Source: Burkholderiales bacterium | GTDB taxonomy: Bacteria > Pseudomonadota > Gammaproteobacteria > Burkholderiales > SG8-39 | Direction of reading: 5' to 3' | DNA: 55,477 nt | Assembly (NCBI GenBank): GCA_036559525.1 | Contig: DATBSZ010000231.1 | Location: 1-55,477, forward strand | In this document: positions 9,991 to 17,860 of the stretch, piece by piece | How positions within the stretch are numbered: position 1 is the first letter of the stretch | How the letters are laid out: the number at the start of each line of letters is the position of its first letter | Translations under genes and position numbers: made by a program | The notes under the pieces: generated by a model | The model's input: the letters and a program-made list of their open reading frames with translations, nothing else | Database searches by the model: none | Told to the model about the DNA's origin: nothing

Positions 9991-10018
9991 CAAAAAGGGA
10001 AGGCCAGCGGGCCTTCCC
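9991..10018 (-). terminator. Intrinsic-terminator-like hairpin between tRNA-Gly and tRNA-Cys
   Basis: On the minus strand: GGGAAGGCC-cgct-GGCCTTCCC followed by TTTTTG. The U-tract ends 5 nt before the tRNA-Cys 5' end. Confidence 0.55.
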
Positions 10019-10028
10019 TCGCAGATTC

Positions 10029-10104
10029 TGGAGCGGGAAACGAGTCTCGAACTCGCGACCTCAACCTTGGCAAGGTTGCGCTCTACCAACTGAGCTATTC
10101 CCGC
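10029..10104 (-). tRNA. glyW: tRNA-Gly (anticodon GCC), CCA encoded
   Basis: Reverse complement: GCGGGAATAGCTCAGTTGGTAGAGCGCAACCTTGCCAAGGTTGAGGTCGCGAGTTCGAGACTCGTTTCCCGCTCCA. The cloverleaf is canonical. Confidence 0.95.
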
Positions 10105-10118
10105 GTCACGTCGGGCCA

Positions 10119-10130
10119 ATTATAAGTCAA
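10119..10130 (-). promoter_or_regulatory. Putative tRNA promoter -10 (TATAAT) 14 nt upstream of tRNA-Gly
   Basis: The minus strand reads TTGACTTATAAT immediately after the pgsA stop. The best -35 candidate at proper spacing is a weak TTACGC inside pgsA. Confidence 0.35.
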
Positions 10131-10693
10131 CCGCGCACCGAAGCGTAAGGCAGCGCCTTGCGCAGGTAGTAGAGCATCGAGATCACCGTCAGCACCGCCG
10201 CGATGTTGATGAGGACGGTGCCCAGCCACTGGCAGTCCAGCCCCAGCAGCACGTCGTGGAACAGCAGCAGCGGGATCGCCACCATCTGCGCCACCGTCTT
10301 CAGCTTGCCGATGAAGGCCACCGCTACGCTCTTCGCCTGGCCGACTTTCGCCATCCATTCCCGCAACGCGGAAATCGCGATCTCGCGGCCGACGATGATC
10401 AGCGCCACGATCATGTCCACGCGGTTCAGGTAGAGAAGCGCGAGCAGCGCAGCCACGACGATCAGCTTGTCCGCGACCGGGTCGAGGAACGCGCCGAAGG
10501 CCGACATCTGGTTCAGCCGCCGCGCGAGATAGCCGTCGAGCCAGTCGGTGATGCCGGCGAAGATGAAGATCGCGGTCGCCGTGAGGTTCATCGTTTCCGC
10601 AGAGAACCAGGGCAGGTAGTAGATGCCGATCAGCAGAGGGATCAGGATGATCCGCGACAGCGTGACCAGGTTAGGCGCGTTGAGCGGGATCAT
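10127..10693 (-). CDS. pgsA: CDP-diacylglycerol--glycerol-3-phosphate 3-phosphatidyltransferase
   Basis: 188 aa from the internal ATG 10693 (MIPLNAPNLVTLSRI...). CDP-OH transferase motif DWLDGYLARRLNQMSAFGAFLDPVADK. The ATG overlaps the uvrC TGA (ATGA). Confidence 0.95.
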   Translation of the reverse strand: MIPLNAPNLVTLSRIILIPLLIGIYYLPWFSAETMNLTATAIFIFAGITDWLDGYLARRLNQMSAFGAFLDPVADKLIVVAALLALLYLNRVDMIVALIIVGREIAISALREWMAKVGQAKSVAVAFIGKLKTVAQMVAIPLLLFHDVLLGLDCQWLGTVLINIAAVLTVISMLYYLRKALPYASVRG

Positions 10694-12468
10694 GCGGCAG
10701 CAGACTCGTGAAGGTGCCGGTAGATGCGTTCCGCAAGCGGCCGGCTGATGCCGTCGACCTTGGCGATGTCGTCCACCGCCGCGGCCTGCACGCCGCGCAG
10801 GCCGCCGAAATGCTCGATCAGCGCCTGGCGCCGCTTGGCGCCGATTCCCGGGATCTCGTTCAGCATCGAGGTCGTGCGTGCCTTGCCGCGCCGCGCGCGG
10901 TGACCGACCACGGCGAAGCGGTGCGCTTCGTCGCGGATCGCCTGGATGAGGTGCAGCCCGGGATGCGCAGGCGCGAGCTGCAGCGTGCGCGCTTCCGACT
11001 CCAGGATCAACTCCTCTTCGCCCGGCTTGCGCCCGGGCCCCTTGGCGACGCCGACCACGCACGCCTGATGCAACCCCAGATCATGCAGGACCGCGGACGC
11101 GATCTTCGCCTGCCCCTTGCCGCCGTCGATCAGGATCAGGTCGGGAATCTTGCCCGCCTCGGCCGTGACGCGCTCGTAGCGGCGCTCGAGCGCCTGCCGC
11201 ATGGCGGCGTAGTCGTCGCCGGGGGTAACGTCGCGGATGTTGAAGCGCCGGTACTCGGCTTTCTGCATCTGGCTGCGATCGTAAACCACGCACGAGGCCA
11301 CGGTCGCCTCGCCCATGGTGTGGCTGATGTCGAAGCACTCGACGCGCTGCGCCCCCTCCGGCAGGCCGAGCGCCTCGCGCAGCGCGAGCAGGCGGCCTTC
11401 CTGCGTCGCGCGGTCGCGCACACGCTGCGCAATCGCGAGCAGCGCGTTCTTGCGCGCCATGTCGAGCCACACCTTGCGCTCCCCATGCGAGGGGTTGATG
11501 ACGTGGATTCCTTCGATCTCGACCGCTTCGCTCGTCACGACCAGCCCCGGCGCGGGCTGCTCCGCGTAGTGCTGCTCGAGGAACGCGGCGATCACCTCGG
11601 CCGCCGCCGCGCCTTCGGCGTTCGCCGGAAAGAAGCTGCGGTCGCCGACGTGCCGGCCGGTGCGGATCATCACCAGGTTGACGCACGCGATCTCGCCGTC
11701 GATCACGCAGGCGACGACGTCGGCGTCGACGCCGCGGTTCGACTCGACGTATTGGCGCGCCTGCACTCGGCTCAGCGCCCGCACCTGGTCGCGGTAGGCG
11801 GCGGCCTCCTCGTAGCGCCGCGCCTCCGACGCGGCGTTCATCTTGCGGTTCAGGTTCCCGACCACGTCGTCTTCGCGTCCCTCGAGGAACAGCGCCGCGT
11901 TCGCCACGTCTTCGGCATACAGCGCCGCCGTGATCCTGGCCGTGCAGGGCGCGGTGCAACGCTTGATCTGGTGCAGCAGGCAGGGCCGCGAGCGGTGCTC
12001 GAACACCGTGTCCTCGCAGGTCCGCAGGCGGAACACGCGCTGCAGGAGCTGGATGCTCTCGCGCACCGCGTAGGCGTGCGGGAACGGCCCGAAGTAACGG
12101 TGGCGTTTGTCCTTCGCGCCGCGGTGGAACCCGAGGCGCGGAAACTCGTGGCCGGTGATCGTCAGGTAAGGATACGACTTGTCGTCGCGGAACAGGATGT
12201 TGTAGCGCGGCGCGAGGCTCTTGATGAGGTTGTTCTCGAGGAGCAGCGCCTCGCCCTCGGAGCGCGTCGCGGTGACCTCGATCGACGCCACCTGCCCGAT
12301 CATCATCTGCGTGCGGGGTCCGTGCGCCTGCTTGTTGAAGTACGACGCGACGCGCTTCCTGAGGTCGCGCGCCTTGCCGACGTAAAGCGCCTCCCCGCCC
12401 CTGCCCAGCATGCGGTAGACGCCCGGCAGATTCGGCAGCCCGGCGACAAACGATTTGGCGTCGAACAC
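10690..12468 (-). CDS. uvrC: Excinuclease ABC subunit C
   Basis: GIY-YIG N-terminus FDAKSFVAGLPNLPGVYRMLG...LYVGKARDLRKR and a C-terminal HhH. GTG 12468 (M-FDAKSF, as in E. coli MSDQFDAKAF) is preferred. The upstream ATGs at 12522 and 12597 would overlap the divergent efp start. Confidence 0.9.
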   Translation of the reverse strand: MFDAKSFVAGLPNLPGVYRMLGRGGEALYVGKARDLRKRVASYFNKQAHGPRTQMMIGQVASIEVTATRSEGEALLLENNLIKSLAPRYNILFRDDKSYPYLTITGHEFPRLGFHRGAKDKRHRYFGPFPHAYAVRESIQLLQRVFRLRTCEDTVFEHRSRPCLLHQIKRCTAPCTARITAALYAEDVANAALFLEGREDDVVGNLNRKMNAASEARRYEEAAAYRDQVRALSRVQARQYVESNRGVDADVVACVIDGEIACVNLVMIRTGRHVGDRSFFPANAEGAAAAEVIAAFLEQHYAEQPAPGLVVTSEAVEIEGIHVINPSHGERKVWLDMARKNALLAIAQRVRDRATQEGRLLALREALGLPEGAQRVECFDISHTMGEATVASCVVYDRSQMQKAEYRRFNIRDVTPGDDYAAMRQALERRYERVTAEAGKIPDLILIDGGKGQAKIASAVLHDLGLHQACVVGVAKGPGRKPGEEELILESEARTLQLAPAHPGLHLIQAIRDEAHRFAVVGHRARRGKARTTSMLNEIPGIGAKRRQALIEHFGGLRGVQAAAVDDIAKVDGISRPLAERIYRHLHESAAA

Positions 12469-12520
12469 GATGATTTCATTATAGATCGTGTAAAATTCGC
12501 GCCTTTTCAGCGGCGGTGTC

Positions 12521-13087
12521 ATGGCGAAGGTCGAAGCAGTCGGTATCCGTCCCGGCAACCTCCTCGAGTGGGATAAGCGGGTCTGGCGCGTGCTCAAGTC
12601 CTACCACGTGCACGTCGGCGGCCGCGGCGGCGCGTTCATGCAGGTCGAGATGAAGGACATCGAGACCGGCACCAAGACCAATCAGCGGTTTCGCACCGAG
12701 GACAAGGTCGAGCGGGCGTTCGTCGACCCGCGCGACATGCAGTACCTGTACCAGGACGGCGACAGCTACGTCTTCATGGACAAGGAAAACTACGAGCAGC
12801 TCACGCTGCCCGCGGAGTTCCTCGAGGGCCAGGCGGGCTACCTGCTGCCGAACACCGACGTCCAGATCAACTTCTACAACAGCCGCCCCATCGGCATCGA
12901 CCTGCCGCCCTCCGTGGTCCTCACGGTGGCCGACACCGAGCCCGGCATCAAGAACTCTACCGCCACCAACTCCTTCAAGCCGGCCACGATGGAGACCGGC
13001 ATCACCGTCCAGGTGCCGCCTTTCATCAACAAGGGCGAGAAGATCAAGATCGACACCGCCGAAGGCACCTACATGGAGCGCGCCTAG
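12521..13087 (+). CDS. efp: Elongation factor P
   Basis: 188 aa with three OB-like domains. The loop HVGGRGGAFMQVEMKD has Arg at the tip position. Confidence 0.9.
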   Translation: MAKVEAVGIRPGNLLEWDKRVWRVLKSYHVHVGGRGGAFMQVEMKDIETGTKTNQRFRTEDKVERAFVDPRDMQYLYQDGDSYVFMDKENYEQLTLPAEFLEGQAGYLLPNTDVQINFYNSRPIGIDLPPSVVLTVADTEPGIKNSTATNSFKPATMETGITVQVPPFINKGEKIKIDTAEGTYMERA

Positions 13088-13091
13088 CGAT

Positions 13092-14114
13092 TCAGGCTAG
13101 CGCGGTCAGGGCTTCCTGGGCTTCACGGTAGGCGACGCTTTTCCGCAGATCTCGCCCGCCCTTCTTCCGCATCCGCTCGAGCCGTTCAGGATTCTTCATC
13201 TGGAGCTCGCCCAGCGACTCCAGCAGCTTGTTCTGTCCTTCCGGGTCGTTGCATAGCAGCACCATGTCGCAGCCCGCGGCGAGCGCCGCGCGGGCGCGCT
13301 CGGGCGGGCCGCCGACGGTGCTGGCACCAGCCATCGAAAGGTCGTCGCTGAAGATGAGGCCGTCGAATCCGAGCTTGGCGCGCAGCACTTCCTGCAGCCA
13401 GTATTTGGAATAGCCCGCGGGCTCGGGGTCGCACTGCGTGTAGATCACGTGCGCCGGCATGACTCCGGCGAGCCCTGCCTGGAAGGCGGCCCGGTACGGC
13501 GCCACGTCCTTCTTCAGGATCTCGGAAAAAGCTCTTTCGTCCTTCGGAACGTCCACATGCGAGTCGGCGGCGGCAAAGCCGTGGCCGGGGAAATGCTTGC
13601 CGACCGCCGCCATGCCGGCGCTGGCGAAGCCCTGCACGATGGCGGCGGCGAGCGCACCCACGGCGTTGGGGTCGTAATGCAGCGCTCGGGTGCCGATCAC
13701 CGAGCTCGAGCCGTAGTCGAGGTCGAGGACCGGCGCGAAGCTGAAGTCGATGCCGTGCGCGCCGACCTCGGCGGCGATCACGTACGCAGCGCCGCGCGCC
13801 GCCTCCTTCGCCGCTTCCTTGTCGCGGTCCCACAAGCGACCCAGCTCGCGCATCGCCGGGATCGCGGTGAAGCCTTCGCGGAAGCGCTGCACCCTGCCGC
13901 CTTCATGGTCGACGCAGACCAGGAGAGCGGGTTCACGCAGTTTCTCAATATCCTCAACTAACATGCTGAGTTGTTGAGTGTTTTCGTAGTTTCGAGAGAA
14001 CAGGATTACGGCGCCGGCCGCGGGGTGCCGCAGTCGCTCGCGGTCCTCGTCGCTGACCTGCGTTCCCACCACGTCGATCACCGCCGGCCCGAGCGGGCGC
14101 CTTACTTTTCGCAC
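13092..14114 (-). CDS. nagZ: Beta-N-acetylhexosaminidase
   Basis: Motifs VDHEGGRVQRF and KHFPGHG. The N-terminus LGPAVIDVVG aligns to E. coli MGPVMLDVEG. GTG 14114 overlaps the acpS end by 13 nt. GTG 14081 is the alternative start. Confidence 0.9.
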   Translation of the reverse strand: MRKVRRPLGPAVIDVVGTQVSDEDRERLRHPAAGAVILFSRNYENTQQLSMLVEDIEKLREPALLVCVDHEGGRVQRFREGFTAIPAMRELGRLWDRDKEAAKEAARGAAYVIAAEVGAHGIDFSFAPVLDLDYGSSSVIGTRALHYDPNAVGALAAAIVQGFASAGMAAVGKHFPGHGFAAADSHVDVPKDERAFSEILKKDVAPYRAAFQAGLAGVMPAHVIYTQCDPEPAGYSKYWLQEVLRAKLGFDGLIFSDDLSMAGASTVGGPPERARAALAAGCDMVLLCNDPEGQNKLLESLGELQMKNPERLERMRKKGGRDLRKSVAYREAQEALTALA

Positions 14115-14485
14115 TCGAGGATCACCGTGGCGACCGCGACGCCGCGCTCGTCGGCGAGGGAGACGTGGGCGCGGGAAATGCCTCGCCCCGATAACAATTT
14201 TTGGAGCTGCTTCGAAAATTCCAGCTCTGGCTTCCCCGAAGGCCGATTCATGACCCATACCCCGTGCCAGTTCGCCGGCGCCTTGATGCCGGTCCCCAGC
14301 GCCTTGGTGAAGGCTTCCTTCGCCGCGAAGCGCTTGGCGAGGTACGAAGCCGGCTGACGGTGCCCGAGGAACCGCTTCAGCTCCGGCTCGCACAGGATGC
14401 GCCGCGCAAAGCGCTCACCCCAGCGGCCGAGCGCTTTCTCGATCCTGCCGATCTCGACCACGTCGGTGCCGACGCCGAAGATCAC
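14102..14485 (-). CDS. acpS: Holo-[acyl-carrier-protein] synthase
   Basis: 127 aa. [16 protein letters not shown]...[13 protein letters not shown]. The GTG start overlaps the pdxJ TGA (GTGA). Confidence 0.9.
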   Translation of the reverse strand: MIFGVGTDVVEIGRIEKALGRWGERFARRILCEPELKRFLGHRQPASYLAKRFAAKEAFTKALGTGIKAPANWHGVWVMNRPSGKPELEFSKQLQKLLSGRGISRAHVSLADERGVAVATVILECEK

Positions 14486-15228
14486 CCGGCGGCCTGCCGC
14501 ATCAGGCTCTTCATCTCCCGCACTGCCTCGCGTATGCCGACAAAAACCGCGCGCGACACGATCGCATGCCCGATGTGCAGCTCGCGCACGCCGGGCAGCC
14601 GCGCCACCGGCTGGACGTTGAAGTAGTTCAGGGCGTGGCCGGCGTTGAAGCGCATGCCGAGCGAGCGGATCGCATCCCCTGCCGCCTGGATCTTCTTCAG
14701 CTCCGAGACCACGGCCGGGCTCTCCGCGTCGCGCCCCTTGGAATGGAAGGCGTGGGCATATGGGCCGGTGTGCACCTCGCAGACCGAAGCGCCGATCCGC
14801 TTCGCCGCCTCGACCTGGGGGAGCTCGGCGTCGATGAACACCGAGACCACGATCCCCGCGGCGCTCAATTGCTGTACTGCCCTTTTCAATGACTTCTCCT
14901 GGGAAACCACGTCGAGCCCGCCTTCGGTGGTCACCTCGTGGCGACCCTCGGGCACCAGCATCGCCATTTCCGGCTTGATCCGGCCGGCGATCCCGACCAT
15001 CTCGTCGGTCGCGGCCATCTCCAGGTTGAGCTTGATGTGGGTCAGCTCGCGCAGCCGCCGCACGTCCTCGTCCTGGATGTGGCGCCGGTCCTCGCGCAAG
15101 TGCACCGTGATGCCGTCGGCGCCGCCGAGGTGCGCCTCGACCGCCGCCCACACCGGGTCGGGCTCGTAGGTGCGCCGCGCCTGCCGCACCGTCGCGACGT
15201 GGTCGACGTTCACACCAAGTTCGATCAT
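14482..15228 (-). CDS. pdxJ: Pyridoxine 5'-phosphate synthase
   Basis: [18 protein letters not shown]...HLREDRRHI...GHALNY, from internal ATG 15228. Confidence 0.95.
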   Translation of the reverse strand: MIELGVNVDHVATVRQARRTYEPDPVWAAVEAHLGGADGITVHLREDRRHIQDEDVRRLRELTHIKLNLEMAATDEMVGIAGRIKPEMAMLVPEGRHEVTTEGGLDVVSQEKSLKRAVQQLSAAGIVVSVFIDAELPQVEAAKRIGASVCEVHTGPYAHAFHSKGRDAESPAVVSELKKIQAAGDAIRSLGMRFNAGHALNYFNVQPVARLPGVRELHIGHAIVSRAVFVGIREAVREMKSLMRQAAG

Positions 15229-15244
15229 CTTCGATTTGCTTCCG

Positions 15245-15961
15245 TCATAAATCGGTGAGCTCCCGCAGCACCGCGCGCGTGTGCAGCACCTGGCCATGCA
15301 GGCGCTGGCCGATCAGCGCGCGCAGAAGCATGCGCGCCTCCTCGCGGGTTTCCGGCCGGGCGTACTCGTCGGCCGCGAGGTCGAGCAGCGTCTGGCCGCT
15401 CACCACGAGATCCCCGTTGCCGGAGCCGCGGCTCGGTACGGGTCCCTTGTCCGGTTCATAGACATAGCGGCGGCCGGGCTCGATCGGCGCGCCGCTCGCC
15501 GCCTCGCGCTCGAGGAGCGGAGCATACCCGAGCTCGGCCAGCATCCGTTTCTCGAAGCTGCGGAGCACGGAAGCGTGCGTGGCGCCGGCCGACAGGCCCG
15601 CGAGGGCTTCGCCATAGAAGTCGAAGAGCGCCTCGTGCGCATCGTCGCGCGGCAGCAGGCGCAGCAGGAGCTCGTTCAGGTAGAAGCCGCACATCAGCCC
15701 GCGCCCCGCGAGGGGTTGCAGAGCGCCAGACCACTCCGCCGAGATCAGGTTTCCCAATTCTGCAGAGGCGGACCAGCCGAGCCGCAGCGGGTGGAACGAC
15801 AGCAGCACGCCGCGCATCGCCGAGCGCGGCCGGCGCGCGCCGCGCGCCAGCAGCGCGACGCGGCCGAAGCCGCGCGTGAACGCCTCCACGATCAGGCTGG
15901 TCTCCTTGTACGGATACGTGTGCAGCACGTAGCCCGGCTGGTGGTCGGCCCGTCTTTTCAT
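15245..15961 (-). CDS. recO: DNA repair protein RecO
   Basis: 238 aa from ATG 15961 ([20 protein letters not shown]). The ATG overlaps the era TGA (ATGA). Confidence 0.9.
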   Translation of the reverse strand: MKRRADHQPGYVLHTYPYKETSLIVEAFTRGFGRVALLARGARRPRSAMRGVLLSFHPLRLGWSASAELGNLISAEWSGALQPLAGRGLMCGFYLNELLLRLLPRDDAHEALFDFYGEALAGLSAGATHASVLRSFEKRMLAELGYAPLLEREAASGAPIEPGRRYVYEPDKGPVPSRGSGNGDLVVSGQTLLDLAADEYARPETREEARMLLRALIGQRLHGQVLHTRAVLRELTDL

Positions 15962-16842
15962 TCGTACCCTAGCTGTCGCAGCACGCGCGCATCGTCGGTC
16001 CAAGCCTTGCGCACTTTCACCCACGTGCCCAGATACACCTTGCCCCCGAAAAGCTTCTCCATGTCCTTGCGCGCCGCGCTCGCCATGCGCTTCAGGCGCT
16101 CGCCGCCCGCGCCAAGCACGATCGGCTTCTGGCTGTCGCGCTCGACCAGGATGGTGGCCTCGATTCGCCGCAGCCGGCCTTCTTCCTTGAAACTGTCGAT
16201 CACCACCTCGCAGCGGTACGGCATGTCTTCGCCCATCGCCTCGAACAGCTTCTCGCGCAGGAGCTCGGCGGCGAAAAAGCGCTCGTCGCGGTCGGTGAGC
16301 TGGTCGGGCGGGTACGCCGCGGGCGCCTCCGGCAAGGCCGAACGCAGCGCGGCCAGCAGCTCGGGGAGGTTCTTCCCGGTCTTCGCGCTGAGCGGGACGA
16401 TCGCCGCGAAATCCCGGGTTTTCGACAAGCGGTCGAGGAACGGGATGAGCTGCTCGGGATTCTTTAGCCGGTCGATCTTGTTCACCGCGGCGACGACGCG
16501 CTGCTCCGCGGGAATCTTGTCGAGCGTCATCTGATCGTCCGGCCCGAAGCGCAGCGCCTCCACCACGAAGAGCGCGACGTCGGCGTCGCGCGCCGCCTGG
16601 CTGGCGCGGCGGTTGAGCCGGCGATGCAGAGTGTTTTTTGCCTGCGCCTGCTGCCCCGGCGCGTCGACGAAGACGTACTGGCAGTCGGGGCGCGTCAGGA
16701 TGCCGGTGACGAGGTGGCGCGTGGTCTGCGGCTTGGACGAGACGATCGACAGCTTCTCGCCCACGATGCGGTTGAGCAGGCTCGACTTGCCGGTGTTCGG
16801 CCGCCCGGCGATGCCGATCGTGCCGCAGCGATACGCGCTCAT
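15958..16842 (-). CDS. era: GTPase Era
   Basis: G1 motif GRPNTGKSSL, DAPG and NKID, plus a KH domain C-terminus. The ATG overlaps the rnc TGA (ATGA). Confidence 0.95.
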   Translation of the reverse strand: MSAYRCGTIGIAGRPNTGKSSLLNRIVGEKLSIVSSKPQTTRHLVTGILTRPDCQYVFVDAPGQQAQAKNTLHRRLNRRASQAARDADVALFVVEALRFGPDDQMTLDKIPAEQRVVAAVNKIDRLKNPEQLIPFLDRLSKTRDFAAIVPLSAKTGKNLPELLAALRSALPEAPAAYPPDQLTDRDERFFAAELLREKLFEAMGEDMPYRCEVVIDSFKEEGRLRRIEATILVERDSQKPIVLGAGGERLKRMASAARKDMEKLFGGKVYLGTWVKVRKAWTDDARVLRQLGYE

Positions 16843-17453
16843 AGCTCCAGCTTGTTGAGTATGGCTCTTGCAGCCTCTTGTTCCGCGCGCTGACGCGACT
16901 TGCCCTCACCCCTCGCTTGCAGTCCCTCGACGACGCATTCCACCTCGAACGAGCGCTGGTGCGGCGCGCCGTGGGTTGCCACGACGCGATATTCCGGCAA
17001 CGGCTTGCCGCGAGCGTGCATCAGCTCCTGCAGGCGCGTTTTCGCGTCCTTGTCCACCTTGCCGGGATCGAGGGTCTCCAGCAGCGGGCCGAAAGCCTGC
17101 ACCACCGCGCGCCGCGCCGCCGGGTAGCCGCCGTCGAGGAAGATCGCGCCGAAAATCGCCTCCAGCGAGTCCGCCAGCATGGAATCCTGCACGCTGCCGG
17201 CGCGCAGGCGCGCCGCGACCCCCAATGCCTTGGCAACTTCAACCAGCGACTCCTCGCGCACCAGGCTCGCGCGCATCTGGGTCAGCTTGCCTTCGGGGAG
17301 CTGCGGGAAGCGGGCGTAGAGCTCGTCGGCGACGGCGCAGCCGAGCACGCCGTCGCCGAGGAACTCGAGCCGTTCGTTGTGGTCCGGACCGTGACTGCGG
17401 TGCGTGAGCGCCCGCTCGAGGAGCTGCGCGTCGGTGAACCGGTATCCGAGCAG
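16839..17453 (-). CDS. rnc: Ribonuclease III (probable CTG start)
   Basis: The catalytic signature NERLEFLGDGVL lies upstream of the first canonical in-frame start (GTG 17348). An in-frame TAA sits at 17460-17462. The only near-cognate codon between them is CTG 17453, with AAGGTGG 10 nt upstream. Confidence 0.8.
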   Translation of the reverse strand: MLGYRFTDAQLLERALTHRSHGPDHNERLEFLGDGVLGCAVADELYARFPQLPEGKLTQMRASLVREESLVEVAKALGVAARLRAGSVQDSMLADSLEAIFGAIFLDGGYPAARRAVVQAFGPLLETLDPGKVDKDAKTRLQELMHARGKPLPEYRVVATHGAPHQRSFEVECVVEGLQARGEGKSRQRAEQEAARAILNKLEL

Positions 17454-17470
17454 TTCTACTTAGCCACCTT

Positions 17471-17500
17471 TCGCTCAGTTACCGCTCGCTCAGTTACCTC
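17471..17500. repeat. 15-bp tandem duplication (TCGCTCAGTTACC core x2)
   Basis: Exact 13-nt cores at 17471-17483 and 17486-17498. The second copy contains the DUF4845 stop codon. The first copy lies just downstream of it, next to the rnc Shine-Dalgarno. Confidence 0.8.
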
Positions 17501-17840
17501 GCGAGTTGGCCGCGTAGTCGATGTACAGGCCAACCGCCCCGAACAGCGGCACTTCCTTGCGGTAGGCGAACGCGATCACCATCTGGTTGCCATCCCGCGT
17601 GATCTCGAGGTCCTGGGGCCTGATCGTCTGGATGTTGTCGATCGCCGCGCGGTTCTCGAAGGCGCGCCGCACTTCCGCCGGATTCTGGGACGAGCGCGCG
17701 ATCAGCTCGATCGCGGTCTTGGCGGTGCGGAACTCGAGGAACGACGGAATGACCTTCATCGCCAACAGCGCCAGCATGCCGGCAATGATCAATACCACCA
17801 GCAGCCCCGTGATGGTTACGCCGTGTTGTCCTTTTTGCAT
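17490..17840 (-). CDS. DUF4845-like small membrane-anchored protein
   Basis: 116 aa from ATG 17840 (GGAGG Shine-Dalgarno). One N-terminal TM helix (ITGLLVVLIIAGMLALLAM). The position between lepB and rnc is conserved. Confidence 0.65.
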   Translation of the reverse strand: MQKGQHGVTITGLLVVLIIAGMLALLAMKVIPSFLEFRTAKTAIELIARSSQNPAEVRRAFENRAAIDNIQTIRPQDLEITRDGNQMVIAFAYRKEVPLFGAVGLYIDYAANSRGN

Positions 17841-17860
17841 TGTTGTGCCTCCCTCAGCTT

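Noticed and set aside
10708-12576. 622-aa plus-strand ORF opposite uvrC, and the 11081-11959 minus alternative frame
   Set aside because: These are antisense or out of frame to an unambiguous UvrC. The composition is low-complexity Arg/Ala/Asp.
12469-12597. Upstream ATG starts for uvrC (12597 and 12522)
   Set aside because: ATG 12522 would overlap the divergent efp ATG (12521), leaving no promoter space. The extra residues have no UvrC counterpart. GTG 12468 reproduces the canonical M-x-FDAK N-terminus.
14102-16909. Very long track ORFs (14102-15151, 15245-16909, 27027-28625, 27941-29884, 10127-11062, 32875-33789, 37753-39507)
   Set aside because: Only the C-terminal part of each matches a protein family (acpS, recO, fabD, fabH, pgsA, Rieske, LMW-PTP). 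The N-terminal extensions run through the upstream gene in another frame. The real starts coincide with stop/start overlaps.
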